Positions 30,701 to 45,830 of a stretch of DNA of 64,000 nt are shown in pieces; position 1 is the stretch's first letter; every line of letters begins with the position of its first letter. The stretch comes from Eledone cirrhosa (lineage: Eukaryota). Made by a program: the position numbers and the translations under genes. The notes beneath the pieces were generated by a model that saw only the letters and a program-made list of their open reading frames with translations, was not told the DNA's origin and made no database searches. The stretch is taken from NCBI GenBank assembly GCA_964016885.1, contig OZ024743.1, forward strand, positions 174,654,001 to 174,718,000, given 5' to 3'.

Positions 30701-33700
30701 GTACCTGTTATATGAGATGTAGGAAGTCTTTGATATGCTTTACCTGTTATATAGGATGTAGGTAGTCTTTGATATACTGTACCTGTTATATAGGATGTAT
30801 GTAGTCTTTGATATACTGTACCTGTTATATAGGATGTAGGTAGTCTTTGATATACTGTACCTTTTATATATGATGTAGGTAGTCTTTGATATACTGTACC
30901 TGTTACATAGGATGTATGTAGTCTTTGATATACTGTACCTGTTATATAGGATGTAGGTAGTCCTTGATATACTGTACCTGTTACATAGGATGTAGGTAGT
31001 CTTTGATCTACTGTACCTGTTATATAGGATGTAGGTAGTCTTTGATATACTGTACCTGTTATATAGGATGTAGGTAGTGTTTGATATACTGTACCTGTTA
31101 TATGAGATATAGGAAGTCTTTGATATACTGTACTTGTTATACAGGATGTCGGTAGTCTTTGATATACTGTACCTGTTATATGAGATGTAGGAAGTCTTTG
31201 ATATACTGTACCTGTTATATAGGATGTAGGTAGTCTTTGATATACTGTACCTGTTATATAGGATGTAGGTAGTCCTTGATATACTGTACCTGTTACATAG
31301 GATGTAGGTAGTCTTTGATCTACTGTACCTGTTATATAGGATGTAGGTAGTCTTTGATATACTGTACCTGTTATATAGGATGTAGGTAGTCTTTGATATA
31401 CTGTACCTGTTATATGAGATATAGGAAGTCTTTGATATACTGTACCTGTTATATAGGATGTCGGTAGTCTTTGATATACTGTACCTGTTATATGAGATGT
31501 AGGAAGTCTTTGATATACTGTACCTGTTATATAGGATGTAGGTAGTCTTTGATATACTGTACCTGTTATATAGGATGTCGGTAGTCTTTGATATACTGTA
31601 CCTGTTATATAGGATGTAGGTAGTCTTTGATATACTGTACCTGTTATATAGGATGTAGGTAGTCTTTGATATACTGTACCTGTTATATAGGATGTAGGTA
31701 GTCTTTGATATACTGTACCTGTTATATAGGATGTAGGTAGTCTTTGATATACTGTACCTGTTACATAGGATGTAGGTAGTCTTTGATATACTGTACCTGT
31801 TATATAGGATGTAGGTAGTCTTTGATATACTGTACTTGTTATATAGGATGTAGGTAGACTTTGATATACTATACCTGTTATATAGGATGTAGTCTTTGAT
31901 ATACTGTACCTGTTATATAGGATGTAGGTAGTCTTTGATATACTGTACCTGTTATATGAGATGTAGGAAGTCTTTGATATACTGTACTTGTTATATAGGA
32001 TGTAGGTAGTGTTTGATATACTGTACCTGTTATATAGGATGTAGGTAGTCTTTGATATACTGTACCTGTTATATAGGATGTAGGTAGTCTTTGATATACT
32101 GTACCTGTTATATAGGATGTAGGTAGTCTTTGATATACTGTACCTGTTATATAGGATGTAGGTAGTCTTTGATATACTGTACCTGTTATATAGGATGTAG
32201 GTAGTCTTTGATATACTGTACCTGTTATATAGGATGTAGGTAGTCTTTGATATACTGTACCTGTTATATAGGATGTAGGTAGTCTTTGATATACTGTACC
32301 TGTTATATAGGATGTAGGTAGTGTTTGATATACTGTACCTGTTATATAGGATGTAGGTAGTCTTTGATATACTGTACCTGTTATATAGGATGTAGGTAGT
32401 GTTTGATATACTGTACCTGTTATATAGGATGTAGGTAGTCTTTGATATACTGTACCTGTTATATGAGATGTAGGAAGTCTTTGATATACTGTACCTATTA
32501 TATGAGATGTAGGAAGTCTTTGATATGCTGTACCTGTTATATATGATGTAGGTAGTCTTTGATATACTGTACCTGTTACATAGGATGTATGTTGTCTTTG
32601 ATATACTGTACCTGTTACATAGGATGTAGGTAGTCTTTGATATACTGTACCTGTTATATAGGATGTAGGTAGTCTTTGATATACTGTACCTTTTATATAT
32701 GATGTAGGTAGTCTTTGATATACTGTACCTGTTACACAGGATGTATGTAGTCTTTGATATACTGTACCTGTTATATAGGATGTAGGTAGTCCTTGATATA
32801 CTGTACCTGTTACATAGGATATAGGTAGTCTTTGATCTACTGTACCTGTTATATAGGATGTAGGTAGTCTTTGATATACTGTACCTGTTATATAGGATGT
32901 AGGTAGTCTTTGATATACTGTACCTGTTATATGAGATATAGGAAGTCTTTGATATACTGTACCTGTTATATAGGATGTCGGTAGTCTTTGATATACTGTA
33001 CCTGTTATATGAGATGTAGGAAGTCTTTGATATACTGTACCTGTTATATAGGATGTAGGTAGTCTTTGATATACTGTACCTGTTATATAGGATGTAGGTA
33101 GTCCTTGATATACTGTACCTGTTACATAGGATGTAGGTAGTCTTTGATCTACTGTACCTGTTATATAGGATGTAGGTAGTCTTTGATATACTGTACCTGT
33201 TATATAGGATGTAGGTAGTCTTTGATATACTGTACCTGTTATATGAGATATAGGAAGTCTTTGATATACTGTACCTGTTATATAGGATGTCGGTAGTCTT
33301 TGATATACTGTACCTGTTATATGAGATGTAGGAAGTCTTTGATATACTGTACCTGTTATATAGGATGTAGGTAGTCTTTGATATACTGTACCTGTTATAT
33401 AGGATGTCGGTAGTCTTTGATATACTGTACCTGTTATTTAGGGTGTAGGTAGTCTTTGATATACTGTACCTGTTATATAGGATGTAGGTAGTCTTTGATA
33501 TACTGTACCTGTTATATAGGATGTAGGTAGTCTTTGATATACTGTACCTGTTATATAGGATGTAGGTAGTCTTTGATATACTGTACCTGTTACATTGGAT
33601 GTAGGTATTCTTTGATATACTGTACCTGTTATATAGGATGTAGGTAGTCTTTGATATACTGTACTTGTTATATAGGATGTAGGTAGTCTTTGATATACTA

Positions 33701-36700
33701 TACCTGTTATATAGGATGTAGTCTTTGATATACTGTACCTGTTATATAGGATGTAGGTAGTCTTTGATATACTGTACCTGTTATATGAGATGTAGGAAGT
33801 CTTTGATATACTGTACTTGTTATATAGGATGTAGGTAGTCTTTGATATACTGTACCTGTTATATAGGATGTAGGTAGTCTTTGATATACTGTACCTGTTA
33901 TATAGGATGTAGGTAGTCTTTGATATACTGTACCTGTTATATAGGATGTAGGTAGTCTTTGATATACTGTACCTGTTATATGAGATGTAGGAAGTCTTTG
34001 ATATACTGTACTTGTTATATAGGATGTAGGTAGTGTTTGATATACTGTACCTGTTATATAGGATGTAGGTAGTCTTTGATATACTGTACCTGTTATATAG
34101 GATGTAGGTAGTCTTTGATATACTGTACCTGTTATATAGGATGTAGGTAGTCTTTGATATACTGTACCTGTTATATAGGATGTAGGTAGTCTTTGATATA
34201 CTGTACCTGTTATATAGGATGTAGGTAGTCTTTGATATACTGTACCTGTTATATAGGATGTAGGTAGTGTTTGATATACTGTACCTGTTATATAGGATGT
34301 AGGTAGTCTTTGATATACTGTACCTGTTATATAGGATGTAGGTAGTGTTTGATATACTGTACCTGTTATATAGGATGTAGGTAGTCTTTGATATACTGTA
34401 CCTGTTATATAGGATGTAGGTAGTGTTTGATATACTGTACCTGTTATATAGGATGTAGGTAGTCTTTGATATACTGTACCTGTTATATGAGATATAGGAA
34501 GTCTTTGATATACTGTACCTGTTATATAGGATGTCGGTAGTCTTTGATATACTGTACCTGTTATATGAGATGTAGGAAGTCTTTGATATACTGTACCTGT
34601 TATATAGGATGTAGGTAGTCTTTGATATACTGTACCTGTTATATAGGATGTAGGTAGTCTTTGATATACTGTACCTGTTATATATGATGTAGGTAGTCTT
34701 TGATATACTGTACCTGTTACATAGGATGTATGTTGTCTTTGATATACTGTACCTGTTACATAGGATGTAGGTAGTCTTTGATATACTGTACCTGTTATAT
34801 AGGATGTAGGTAGTCTTTGATATACTGTACCTTTTATATATGATGTAGGTAGTCTTTGATATACTGTACCTGTTACACAGGATGTATGTAGTCTTTGATA
34901 TACTGTACCTGTTATATAGGATGTAGGTAGTCCTTGATATACTGTACCTGTTACATAGGATATAGGTAGTCTTTGATCTACTGTACCTGTTATATAGGAT
35001 GTAGGTAGTCTTTGATATACTGTACCTGTTATATAGGATGTAGGTAGTCTTTGATATACTGTACCTGTTATATGAGATATAGGAAGTCTTTGATATACTG
35101 TACCTGTTATATAGGATGTCGGTAGTCTTTGATATACTGTACCTGTTATATGAGATGTAGGAAGTCTTTGATATACTGTACCTGTTATATAGGATGTAGG
35201 TAGTCTTTGATATACTGTACCTGTTATATAGGATGTAGGTAGTCCTTGATATACTGTACCTGTTACATAGGATGTAGGTAGTCTTTGATCTACTGTACCT
35301 GTTATATAGGATGTAGGTAGTCTTTGATATACTGTACCTGTTATATAGGATGTAGGTAGTCTTTGATATACTGTACCTGTTATATGAGATATAGGAAGTC
35401 TTTGATATACTGTACCTGTTATATAGGATGTCGGTAGTCTTTGATATACTGTACCTGTTATATGAGATGTAGGAAGTCTTTGATATACTGTACCTGTTAT
35501 ATAGGATGTAGGTAGTCTTTGATATACTGTACCTGTTATATAGGATGTCGGTAGTCTTTGATATACTGTACCTGTTATTTAGGGTGTAGGTAGTCTTTGA
35601 TATACTGTACCTGTTATATAGGATGTAGGTAGTCTTTGATATACTGTACCTGTTATATAGGATGTAGGTAGTCTTTGATATACTGTACCTGTTATATAGG
35701 ATGTAGGTAGTCTTTGATATACTGTACCTGTTACATTGGATGTAGGTATTCTTTGATATACTGTACCTGTTATATAGGATGTAGGTAGTCTTTGATATAC
35801 TGTACTTGTTATATAGGATGTAGGTAGTCTTTGATATACTATACCTGTTATATAGGATGTAGTCTTTGATATACTGTACCTGTTATATAGGATGTAGGTA
35901 GTCTTTGATATACTGTACCTGTTATATGAGATGTAGGAAGTCTTTGATATACTGTACTTGTTATATAGGATGTAGGTAGTCTTTGATATACTGTACCTGT
36001 TATATAGGATGTAGGTAGTCTTTGATATACTGTACCTGTTATATAGGATGTAGGTAGTCTTTGATATACTGTACCTGTTATATAGGATGTAGGTAGTCTT
36101 TGATATACTGTACCTGTTATATGAGATGTAGGAAGTCTTTGATATACTGTACTTGTTATATAGGATGTAGGTAGTGTTTGATATACTGTACCTGTTATAT
36201 AGGATGTAGGTAGTCTTTGATATACTGTACCTGTTATATAGGATGTAGGTAGTCTTTGATATACTGTACCTGTTATATAGGATGTAGGTAGTCTTTGATA
36301 TACTGTACCTGTTATATAGGATGTAGGTAGTCTTTGATATACTGTACCTGTTATATAGGATGTAGGTAGTGTTTGATATACTGTACCTGTTATATAGGAT
36401 GTAGGTAGTGTTTGATATACTGTACCTGTTATATAGGATGTAGGTAGTGTTTGATATACTGTACCTGTTATATAGGATGTAGGTAGTCTTTGATATACTG
36501 TACCTGTTATATAGGATGTAGGTAGTGTTTGATATACTGTACCTGTTATATAGGATGTAGGTAGTCTTTGATATACTGTACCTGTTATATGAGATGTAGG
36601 AAGTCTTTGATATACTGTACCTGTTATATGAGATGTAGGAAGTCTTTGATATGCTGTACCTGTTATATAGGATGTAGGTAGTGTTTGATATACTGTACCT

Positions 36701-38320
36701 GTTATATATGATGTAGGTAGTCTTTGATATACTGTACCTGTTACATAGGATGTATGTTGTCTTTGATATACTGTACCTGTTACATAGGATGTAGGTAGTC
36801 TTTGATATACTGTACCTGTTATATAGGATGTAGGTAGTCTTTGATATACTGTACCTTTTATATATGATGTAGGTAGTCTTTGATATACTGTACCTGTTAC
36901 ACAGGATGTATGTAGTCTTTGATATACTGTACCTGTTATATAGGATGTAGGTAGTCCTTGATATACTGTACCTGTTACATAGGATGTAGGTAGTCTTTGA
37001 TCTACTGTACCTGTTATATAGGATGTAGGTAGTCTTTGATATACTGTACCTGTTATATAGGATGTGGGTAGTGTTTGATATACTGTACCTGTTATATGAG
37101 ATATAGGAAGTCTTTGATATACTGTACTTGTTATATAGGATGTCGGTAGTCTTTGATATACTGTACCTGTTATATGAGATGTAGGAAGTCTTTGGTATAC
37201 TGTACCTGTTATATAGGATGTAGGTAGTCTTTGATATACTGTACCTGTTATATAGGATGTAGGTAGTCCTTGATATACTGTACCTGTTACATAGGATGTA
37301 GGTAGTCTTTGATCTACTGTACCTGTTATATAGGATGTAGGTAGTCTTTGATATACTGTACCTGTTATATAGGATGTAGGTAGTCTTTGATATACTGTAC
37401 CTGTTATATGAGATATAGGAAGTCTTTGATATACTGTACCTGTTATATAGGATGTCGGTAGTCTTTGATATACTGTACCTGTTATATGAGATGTAGGAAG
37501 TCTTTGATATACTGTACCTGTTATATAGGATGTAGGTAGTCTTTGATATACTGTACCTGTTATATAGGATGTAGGTAGTCCTTGATATACTGTACCTGTT
37601 ACATAGGATGTAGGTAGTCTTTGATCTACTGTACCTGTTATATAGGATGTAGGTAGTCTTTGATATACTGTACCTGTTATATAGGATGTAGGTAGTCTTT
37701 GATATACTGTACCTGTTATATGAGATATAGGAAGTCTTTGATATACTGTACCTGTTATATAGGATGTCGGTAGTCTTTGATATACTGTACCTGTTATATG
37801 AGATGTAGGAAGTCTTTGATATACTGTACCTGTTATATAGGATGTAGGTAGTCTTTGATATACTGTACCTGTTATATAGGATGTCGGTAGTCTTTGATAT
37901 ACTGTACCCGTTATATAGGATGTAGGTAGTCTTTGATATACTGTACCTGTTATATAGGATGTAGGTAGTCTTTGATATACTGTACCTGTTATATAGGATG
38001 TAGGTAGTCTTTGATATACTGTACCTGTTATATAGGATGTAGGTAGTCTTTGATATACTGTACCTGTTACATTGGATGTAGGTATTCTTTGATATACTGT
38101 ACCTGTTATATAGGATGTAGGTAGTCTTTGATATACTGTACTTGTTATATAGGATGTAGGTAGTCTTTGATATACTATACCTGTTATATAGGATGTAGTC
38201 TTTGATATACTGTACCTGTTATATAGGATGTAGGTAGTCTTTGATATACTGTACCTGTTATATGAGATGTAGGAAGTCTTTGATATACTGTACTTGTTAT
38301 ATAGGATGTAGGTAGTGTTT
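24740..38320 (+). repeat. Domain C: mosaic built around an 8-monomer (312-bp) HOR in runs of 2-3 copies
   Basis: A4C marker (TTTGATCTAC) at 24891/25203, 27730/28042/28354 and 28978/29290, among others, spaced 312 bp within runs. Unit order: T37C, T19C, A4C, consensus or C36G, GAGATATAGGAAG, A29C, GAGATGTAGGAAG, consensus. Confidence 0.9.
32530..36360 (+). repeat. 2,141-bp (55 monomers minus 4 bp) tandem duplication private to the first 25-kb copy
   Basis: TTATTTAGGGTG marker at 33440 and 35581, with only one counterpart in the second copy (60651). Confidence 0.87.
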
Positions 38321-40899
38321 GATATACTGTACCTGTTATATAGGATGTAGGTAGTCTTTGATATACTGTACCTGTTATATGGGATGTCGGTAGTCTTTGA
38401 TATACTGTACCTGTTATATAGGATGTAGGTAGTCTTTGATATACTGTACCTGTTATATATGATGTAGGTAGTCTTTGATATACTGTACCAGTTATATAGG
38501 ATGTATGTAGTCTTTGATATACTGTACCTGTTATATAGGATGTAGGTAGTCTTTGATATACTGTACCTGTTATATAGGATGTAGGTAGTCTTTGATATAC
38601 TGTACATGTTATATAGGATGTCGGTAGTCTTTGATATACTGTACCTGTTATATAGGATGTAGGTAGTTTTGATATACTTTACCTGTTATATATGATGTAG
38701 GTAGTCTTTGATATACCGTACCTGTTACATAGGATGTATGTAGTCTTTGATATACTGTACCTGTTATATAGGATGTAGGTAGTCTTTGATATACTGTACC
38801 TGTTACATAGGATGTAGGTAGTCTTTGATATACTGTACCTGTTATATATGATGTAGGTAGTCTTTGATATACTGTACCTGTTATATAGTATGTAGGTAGT
38901 CTTTGATATACTGTACCTGTTATATAGGATGTAGGTAGTCTTTGATATACTGTACCTGTTATATAGGATGTAGGTAGTCTTTGATATACTGTACCTGTTA
39001 TATAGGATGTAGGTAGTCTTTGATATACTGTACCTTTTATATAGGATGTAGGTAGTCTTTGATATACTGTATCTGTTATATAGGATGTAGGTAGTCTTTG
39101 ATATACTGTACCTGTTATATAGGATGTAGGTAGTCTTTGATATACTGTACCTTTTATATAGGATGTAGGTAGTCTTTGATATACTGTACCTGTTATATAG
39201 GATGTAGGTAGTCTTTGATATACTGTACCTGTTATATGAGATATAGGAAGTCTTTGATATACTGTACCTGTTATATAGGATGTCGGTAGTCTTTGATATA
39301 CTGTACCTGTTATATGAGATGTAGGAAGTCTTTGATATACTGTACCTGTTATATAGGATGTAGGTAGTCTTTGATATACTGTACCTGTTAAATAGGATGT
39401 AGGTAGTCTTTGATATACTGTACCTGTTATATAGGATGTAGGTAGTCTTTGATATACTGTACCTGTTATATGGGATGTCGGTAGTCTTTGATATACTGTA
39501 CCTGTTATATAGGATGTAGGTAGTCTTTGATATACTGTACCTGTTATATATGATGTAGGTAGTCTTTGATATACTGTACCAGTTATATAGGATGTATGTA
39601 GTCTTTGATATACTGTACCTGTTATATAGGATGTAGGTAGTCTTTGATATACTGTACCTGTTATATAGGATGTAGGTAGTCTTTGATATACTGTACATGT
39701 TATATAGGATGTCGGTAGTCTTTGATATACTGTACCTGTTATATAGGATGTAGGTAGTTTTGATATACTTTACCTGTTATATATGATGTAGGTAGTCTTT
39801 GATATACCGTACCTGTTACATAGGATGTATGTAGTCTTTGATATACTGTACCTGTTATATAGGATGTAGGTAGTCTTTGATATACTGTACCTGTTACATA
39901 GGATGTAGGTAGTCTTTGATATACTGTACCTGTTATATAGGATGTCGGTAGTCTTTGATATACTGTACCTGTTATATAGGATGTAGGTAGTCTTTGATAT
40001 ACTATACCTGTTATATAGGATATAGTCTTTGATATACTGTACCTGTTATGTAGGATGTAGGTAGTCTTTGATATACTGTACCTGTTATATGAGATGTAGG
40101 AAGTCTTTGATATACTGTACTTGTTATATAGGATGTAGGTAGTCCTTGATATACTGTACCTGTTATATAGGATGTAGGTAGTCTTTGATATACTGTACCT
40201 GTTATATAGGATGTAGGTTGTCTTTGATATACTGTACCTGTTATATAGGTTGTAGGTAGTCTTTGATATACTGTACCTGCTATATAGGATGTAGGTAGTC
40301 TTTGATATACTGTACCTGTTATATAGGATGTAGGTAGTCTTTGATATACTGTACCTGTTATATAGGATGTAGGTAGTCTTTGATATACTGTACCTGTTAT
40401 ATAGGATGTAGGTAGTGTTTGATATACTGTACCTGTTATATAGGATGTAGGTAGTCTTTGATATACTGTACCTGTTATATATGATGTAGGTAGTCTTTGA
40501 TATACTGTACCTGTTATATGAGATGTAGGAAGTCTTTGATATACTGTACCTGTTATATGAGATGTAGGAAGTCTTTGATATGCTTTACCTGTTATATAGG
40601 ATGTAGGTAGTCTTTGATATACTGTACCTGTTATATAGGATGTAGGTAGTCTTTGATATACTGTACCTGTTATATAGGATGTAGGTAGTCTTTGATATAC
40701 TGTACCTATTATATGAGATGTAGGAAGTCTTTGATATACTGTACCTGTTATATAGGATGTAGGTAGTCTTTGATATAATGTACCTGTTATACAGGATGTA
40801 GGTAGTCTTTGATATACTGTACCTGTTAAATAGGATGTAGGTAGTCTTTGATATACTGTATCTGTTATATAGGATGTAGGTAGTCTTTGATATACTGTA

Positions 40900-43800
40900 C
40901 CTGTTATATAGGATGTAGGTAGTCTTTGATATACTGTACCTTTTATATAGGATGTAGGTAGTCTTTGATATACTGTACCTGTTATATAGGATGTAGGTAG
41001 TCTTTGATATACTGTACCTGTTATATGAGATATAGGAAGTCTTTGATATACTGTACCTGTTATATAGGATGTCGGTAGTCTTTGATATACTGTACCTGTT
41101 ATATGAGATGTAGGAAGTCTTTGATATACTGTACCTGTTATATAGGATGTAGGTAGTCTTTGATATACTGTACCTGTTAAATAGGATGTAGGTAGTCTTT
41201 GATATACTGTACCTGTTATATAGGATGTAGGTAGTCTTTGATATACTGTACCTGTTATATAGGATGTAGGTAGTCTTTGATATACTGTACCTGTTATATG
41301 GGATGTCGGTAGTCTTTGATATACTGTACCTGTTATATAGGATGTAGGTAGTCTTTGATATACTGTACCTGTTATATATGATGTAGGTAGTCTTTGATAT
41401 ACTGTACCAGTTATATAGGATGTATGTAGTCTTTGATATACTGTACTTGTTATATAGGATGTAGGTAGTCTTTGATATACTGTACCTGTTATATAGGATG
41501 TAGGTAGTCTTTGATATACTGTACATGTTATATAGGATGTCGGTAGTCTTTGATATACTGTACCTGTTATATAGGATGTAGGTAGTTTTGATATACTTTA
41601 CCTGTTATATATGATGTAGGTAGTCTTTGATATACCGTACCTGTTACATAGGATGTATGTAGTCTTTGATATACTGTACCTGTTATATAGGATGTAGGTA
41701 GTCTTTGATATACTGTACCTGTTACATAGGATGTAGGTAGTCTTTGATATACTGTACCTGTTATATAGGATGTCGGTAGTCTTTGATATACTGTACCTGT
41801 TATATAGGATGTAGGTAGTCTTTGATATACTATACCTGTTATATAGGATATAGTCTTTGATATACTGTACCTGTTATGTAGGATGTAGGTAGTCTTTGAT
41901 ATACTGTACCTGTTATATGAGATGTAGGAAGTCTTTGATATACTGTACTTGTTATATAGGATGTAGGTAGTCCTTGATATACTGTACCTGTTATATAGGA
42001 TGTAGGTAGTCTTTGATATACTGTACCTGTTATATAGGATGTAGGTTGTCTTTGATATACTGTACCTGTTATATAGGTTGTAGGTAGTCTTTGATATACT
42101 GTACCTGCTATATAGGATGTAGGTAGTCTTTGATATACTGTACCTGTTATATAGGATGTAGGTAGTCTTTGATATACTGTACCTGTTATATAGGATGTAG
42201 GTAGTCTTTGATATACTGTACCTGTTATATAGGATGTAGGTAGTGTTTGATATACTGTACCTGTTATATAGGATGTAGGTAGTCTTTGATATACTGTACC
42301 TGTTATATATGATGTAGGTAGTCTTTGATATACTGTACCTGTTATATGAGATGTAGGAAGTCTTTGATATACTGTACCTGTTATATGAGATGTAGGAAGT
42401 CTTTGATATGCTTTACCTGTTATATAGGATGTAGGTAGTCTTTGATATACTGTACCTGTTATATAGGATGTAGGTAGTCTTTGATATACTGTACCTGTTA
42501 TATAGGATGTAGGTAGTCTTTGATATACTGTACCTATTATATGAGATGTAGGAAGTCTTTGATATACTGTACCTGTTATATAGGATGTAGGTAGTCTTTG
42601 ATATAATGTACCTGTTATACAGGATGTAGGTAGTCTTTGATATACTGTACCTGTTAAATAGGATGTAGGTAGTCTTTGATATACTGTACCTGTTATATAG
42701 GATGTAGGTAGTCTTTGATATATTGTACCTGTTATATAGGATGTAGGTAGTCTTTGATATACTGTACCTGTTATATAGGATGTAGGTAGTCTTTGATATA
42801 CTGTACCTGTTATATATGATGTAGGTAGTCTTTGATATACTGTACCTGTTATATAGGATGTATGTAGTCTTTGATATACTGTACCTGTTATATAGGATGT
42901 AGGTAGTCTTTGATATACTGTACCTGTTATATAGGATGTAGGTAGTCTTTGATATACCGTACCTGTTATATAGGATGTAGGTAGTCTTTGATATACTGTA
43001 CCTGTTATATAGGATGTAGGTAGTCTTTGATATACTGTACCTGTTATATAGGTTGTAGGTAGTGTTTGATATACTGTACCTGTTACATAGGATGTATGTA
43101 GTCTTTGATATACTGTACCTGTTATATAGGATGTAGGTAGTCTTTGATATACTGTACCTGTTATATAGGATGTAGGTAGTCTTTGATATACTGTACCTGT
43201 TATATAGGATGTAGGTAGTGTTTGATATACTGTACCTGTTATATAGGATGTAGGTAGTCTTTGATATACTGTACATGTTATATAGGATGTAGGTAGTCTT
43301 TGATATACTGTACCTGTTATATAGGATGTAGGTAGTCTTTGATATACTGTACCTGTTATATAGGATGTAGGTAGTCTTTGATATACTGTACCTTTTATAT
43401 AGGATGTAGGTAGTCTTTGATATACTGTACCTGTTATATAGGATGTAGGTAGTCTTTGATATACTGTACCTGTTATATGAGATATAGGAAGTCTTTGATA
43501 TACTGTACCTGTTATATAGGATGTCGGTAGTCTTTGATATACTGTACCTGTTATATGAGATGTAGGAAGTCTTTGATATACTGTACCTGTTATATAGGAT
43601 GTAGGTAGTCTTTGATATACTGTACCTGTTAAATAGGATGTAGGTAGTCTTTGATATACTGTACCTGTTATATAGGATGTAGGTAGTCTTTGATATACTG
43701 TACCTGTTATATAGGATGTAGGTAGTCTTTGATATACTGTACCTGTTATATGGGATGTCGGTAGTCTTTGATATACTGTACCTGTTATATAGGATGTAGG

Positions 43801-45830
43801 TAGTCTTTGATATACTGTACCTGTTATATATGATGTAGGTAGTCTTTGATATACTGTACCAGTTATATAGGATGTATGTAGTCTTTGATATACTGTACTT
43901 GTTATATAGGATGTAGGTAGTCTTTGATATACTGTACCTGTTATATAGGATGTAGGTAGTCTTTGATATACTGTACATGTTATATAGGATGTCGGTAGTC
44001 TTTGATATACTGTACCTGTTATATAGGATGTAGGTAGTTTTGATATACTTTACCTGTTATATATGATGTAGGTAGTCTTTGATATACCGTACCTGTTACA
44101 TAGGATGTATGTAGTCTTTGATATACTGTACCTGTTATATAGGATGTAGGTAGTCTTTGATATACTGTACCTGTTACATAGGATGTAGGTAGTCTTTGAT
44201 ATACTGTACCTGTTATATAGGATGTCGGTAGTCTTTGATATACTGTACCTGTTATATAGGATGTAGGTAGTCTTTGATATACTATACCTGTTATATAGGA
44301 TATAGTCTTTGATATACTGTACCTGTTATGTAGGATGTAGGTAGTCTTTGATATACTGTACCTGTTATATGAGATGTAGGAAGTCTTTGATATACTGTAC
44401 TTGTTATATAGGATGTAGGTAGTCCTTGATATACTGTACCTGTTATATAGGATGTAGGTAGTCTTTGATATACTGTACCTGTTATATAGGATGTAGGTTG
44501 TCTTTGATATACTGTACCTGTTATATAGGTTGTAGGTAGTCTTTGATATACTGTACCTGCTATATAGGATGTAGGTAGTCTTTGATATACTGTACCTGTT
44601 ATATAGGATGTAGGTAGTCTTTGATATACTGTACCTGTTATATAGGATGTAGGTAGTCTTTGATATACTGTACCTGTTATATAGGATGTAGGTAGTGTTT
44701 GATATACTGTACCTGTTATATAGGATGTAGGTAGTCTTTGATATACTGTACCTGTTATATATGATGTAGGTAGTCTTTGATATACTGTACCTGTTATATG
44801 AGATGTAGGAAGTCTTTGATATACTGTACCTGTTATATGAGATGTAGGAAGTCTTTGATATGCTTTACCTGTTATATAGGATGTAGGTAGTCTTTGATAT
44901 ACTGTACCTGTTATATAGGATGTAGGTAGTCTTTGATATACTGTACCTGTTATATAGGATGTAGGTAGTCTTTGATATACTGTACCTATTATATGAGATG
45001 TAGGAAGTCTTTGATATACTGTACCTGTTATATAGGATGTAGGTAGTCTTTGATATAATGTACCTGTTATACAGGATGTAGGTAGTCTTTGATATACTGT
45101 ACCTGTTAAATAGGATGTAGGTAGTCTTTGATATACTGTACCTGTTATATAGGATGTAGGTAGTCTTTGATATATTGTACCTGTTATATAGGATGTAGGT
45201 AGTCTTTGATATACTGTACCTGTTATATAGGATGTAGGTAGTCTTTGATATACTGTACCTGTTATATATGATGTAGGTAGTCTTTGATATACTGTACCTG
45301 TTATATAGGATGTATGTAGTCTTTGATATACTGTACCTGTTATATAGGATGTAGGTAGTCTTTGATATACTGTACCTGTTATATAGGATGTAGGTAGTCT
45401 TTGATATACCGTACCTGTTATATAGGATGTAGGTAGTCTTTGATATACTGTACCTGTTATATAGGATGTAGGTAGTCTTTGATATACTGTACCTGTTATA
45501 TAGGTTGTAGGTAGTGTTTGATATACTGTACCTGTTACATAGGATGTATGTAGTCTTTGATATACTGTACCTGTTATATAGGATGTAGGTAGTCTTTGAT
45601 ATACTGTACCTGTTATATAGGATGTAGGTAGTCTTTGATATACTGTACCTGTTATATAGGATGTAGGTAGTGTTTGATATACTGTACCTGTTATATAGGA
45701 TGTAGGTAGTCTTTGATATACTGTACATGTTATATAGGATGTAGGTAGTCTTTGATATACTGTACCTGTTATATAGGATGTAGGTAGTCTTTGATATACT
45801 GTACCTGTTATATAGGATGTAGGTAGTCTT
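40900..45830 (+). repeat. 2,452-bp (63 monomers minus 5 bp) tandem duplication private to copy 2
   Basis: G15T at 40942/43394 and GATATGCTTTACC at 42413/44865. The unit is chimeric, joining B-type and A-type monomer strings. Confidence 0.87.

Larger units (their letters stand above)
12710..38320 (+). repeat. ~25.6-kb super-repeat, copy 1 (domains B+C)
   Basis: Rare markers recur collinearly in copy 2: 12769/38381 (offset 25,612), 22203/46767 and CTGAACC 25910/50474 (24,564), GGCAGT 30256/57467 and GTAGACT 31858/59069 (27,211), 37066/62175 (25,109), ACCCGT 37909/62706 (24,797). Confidence 0.93.
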
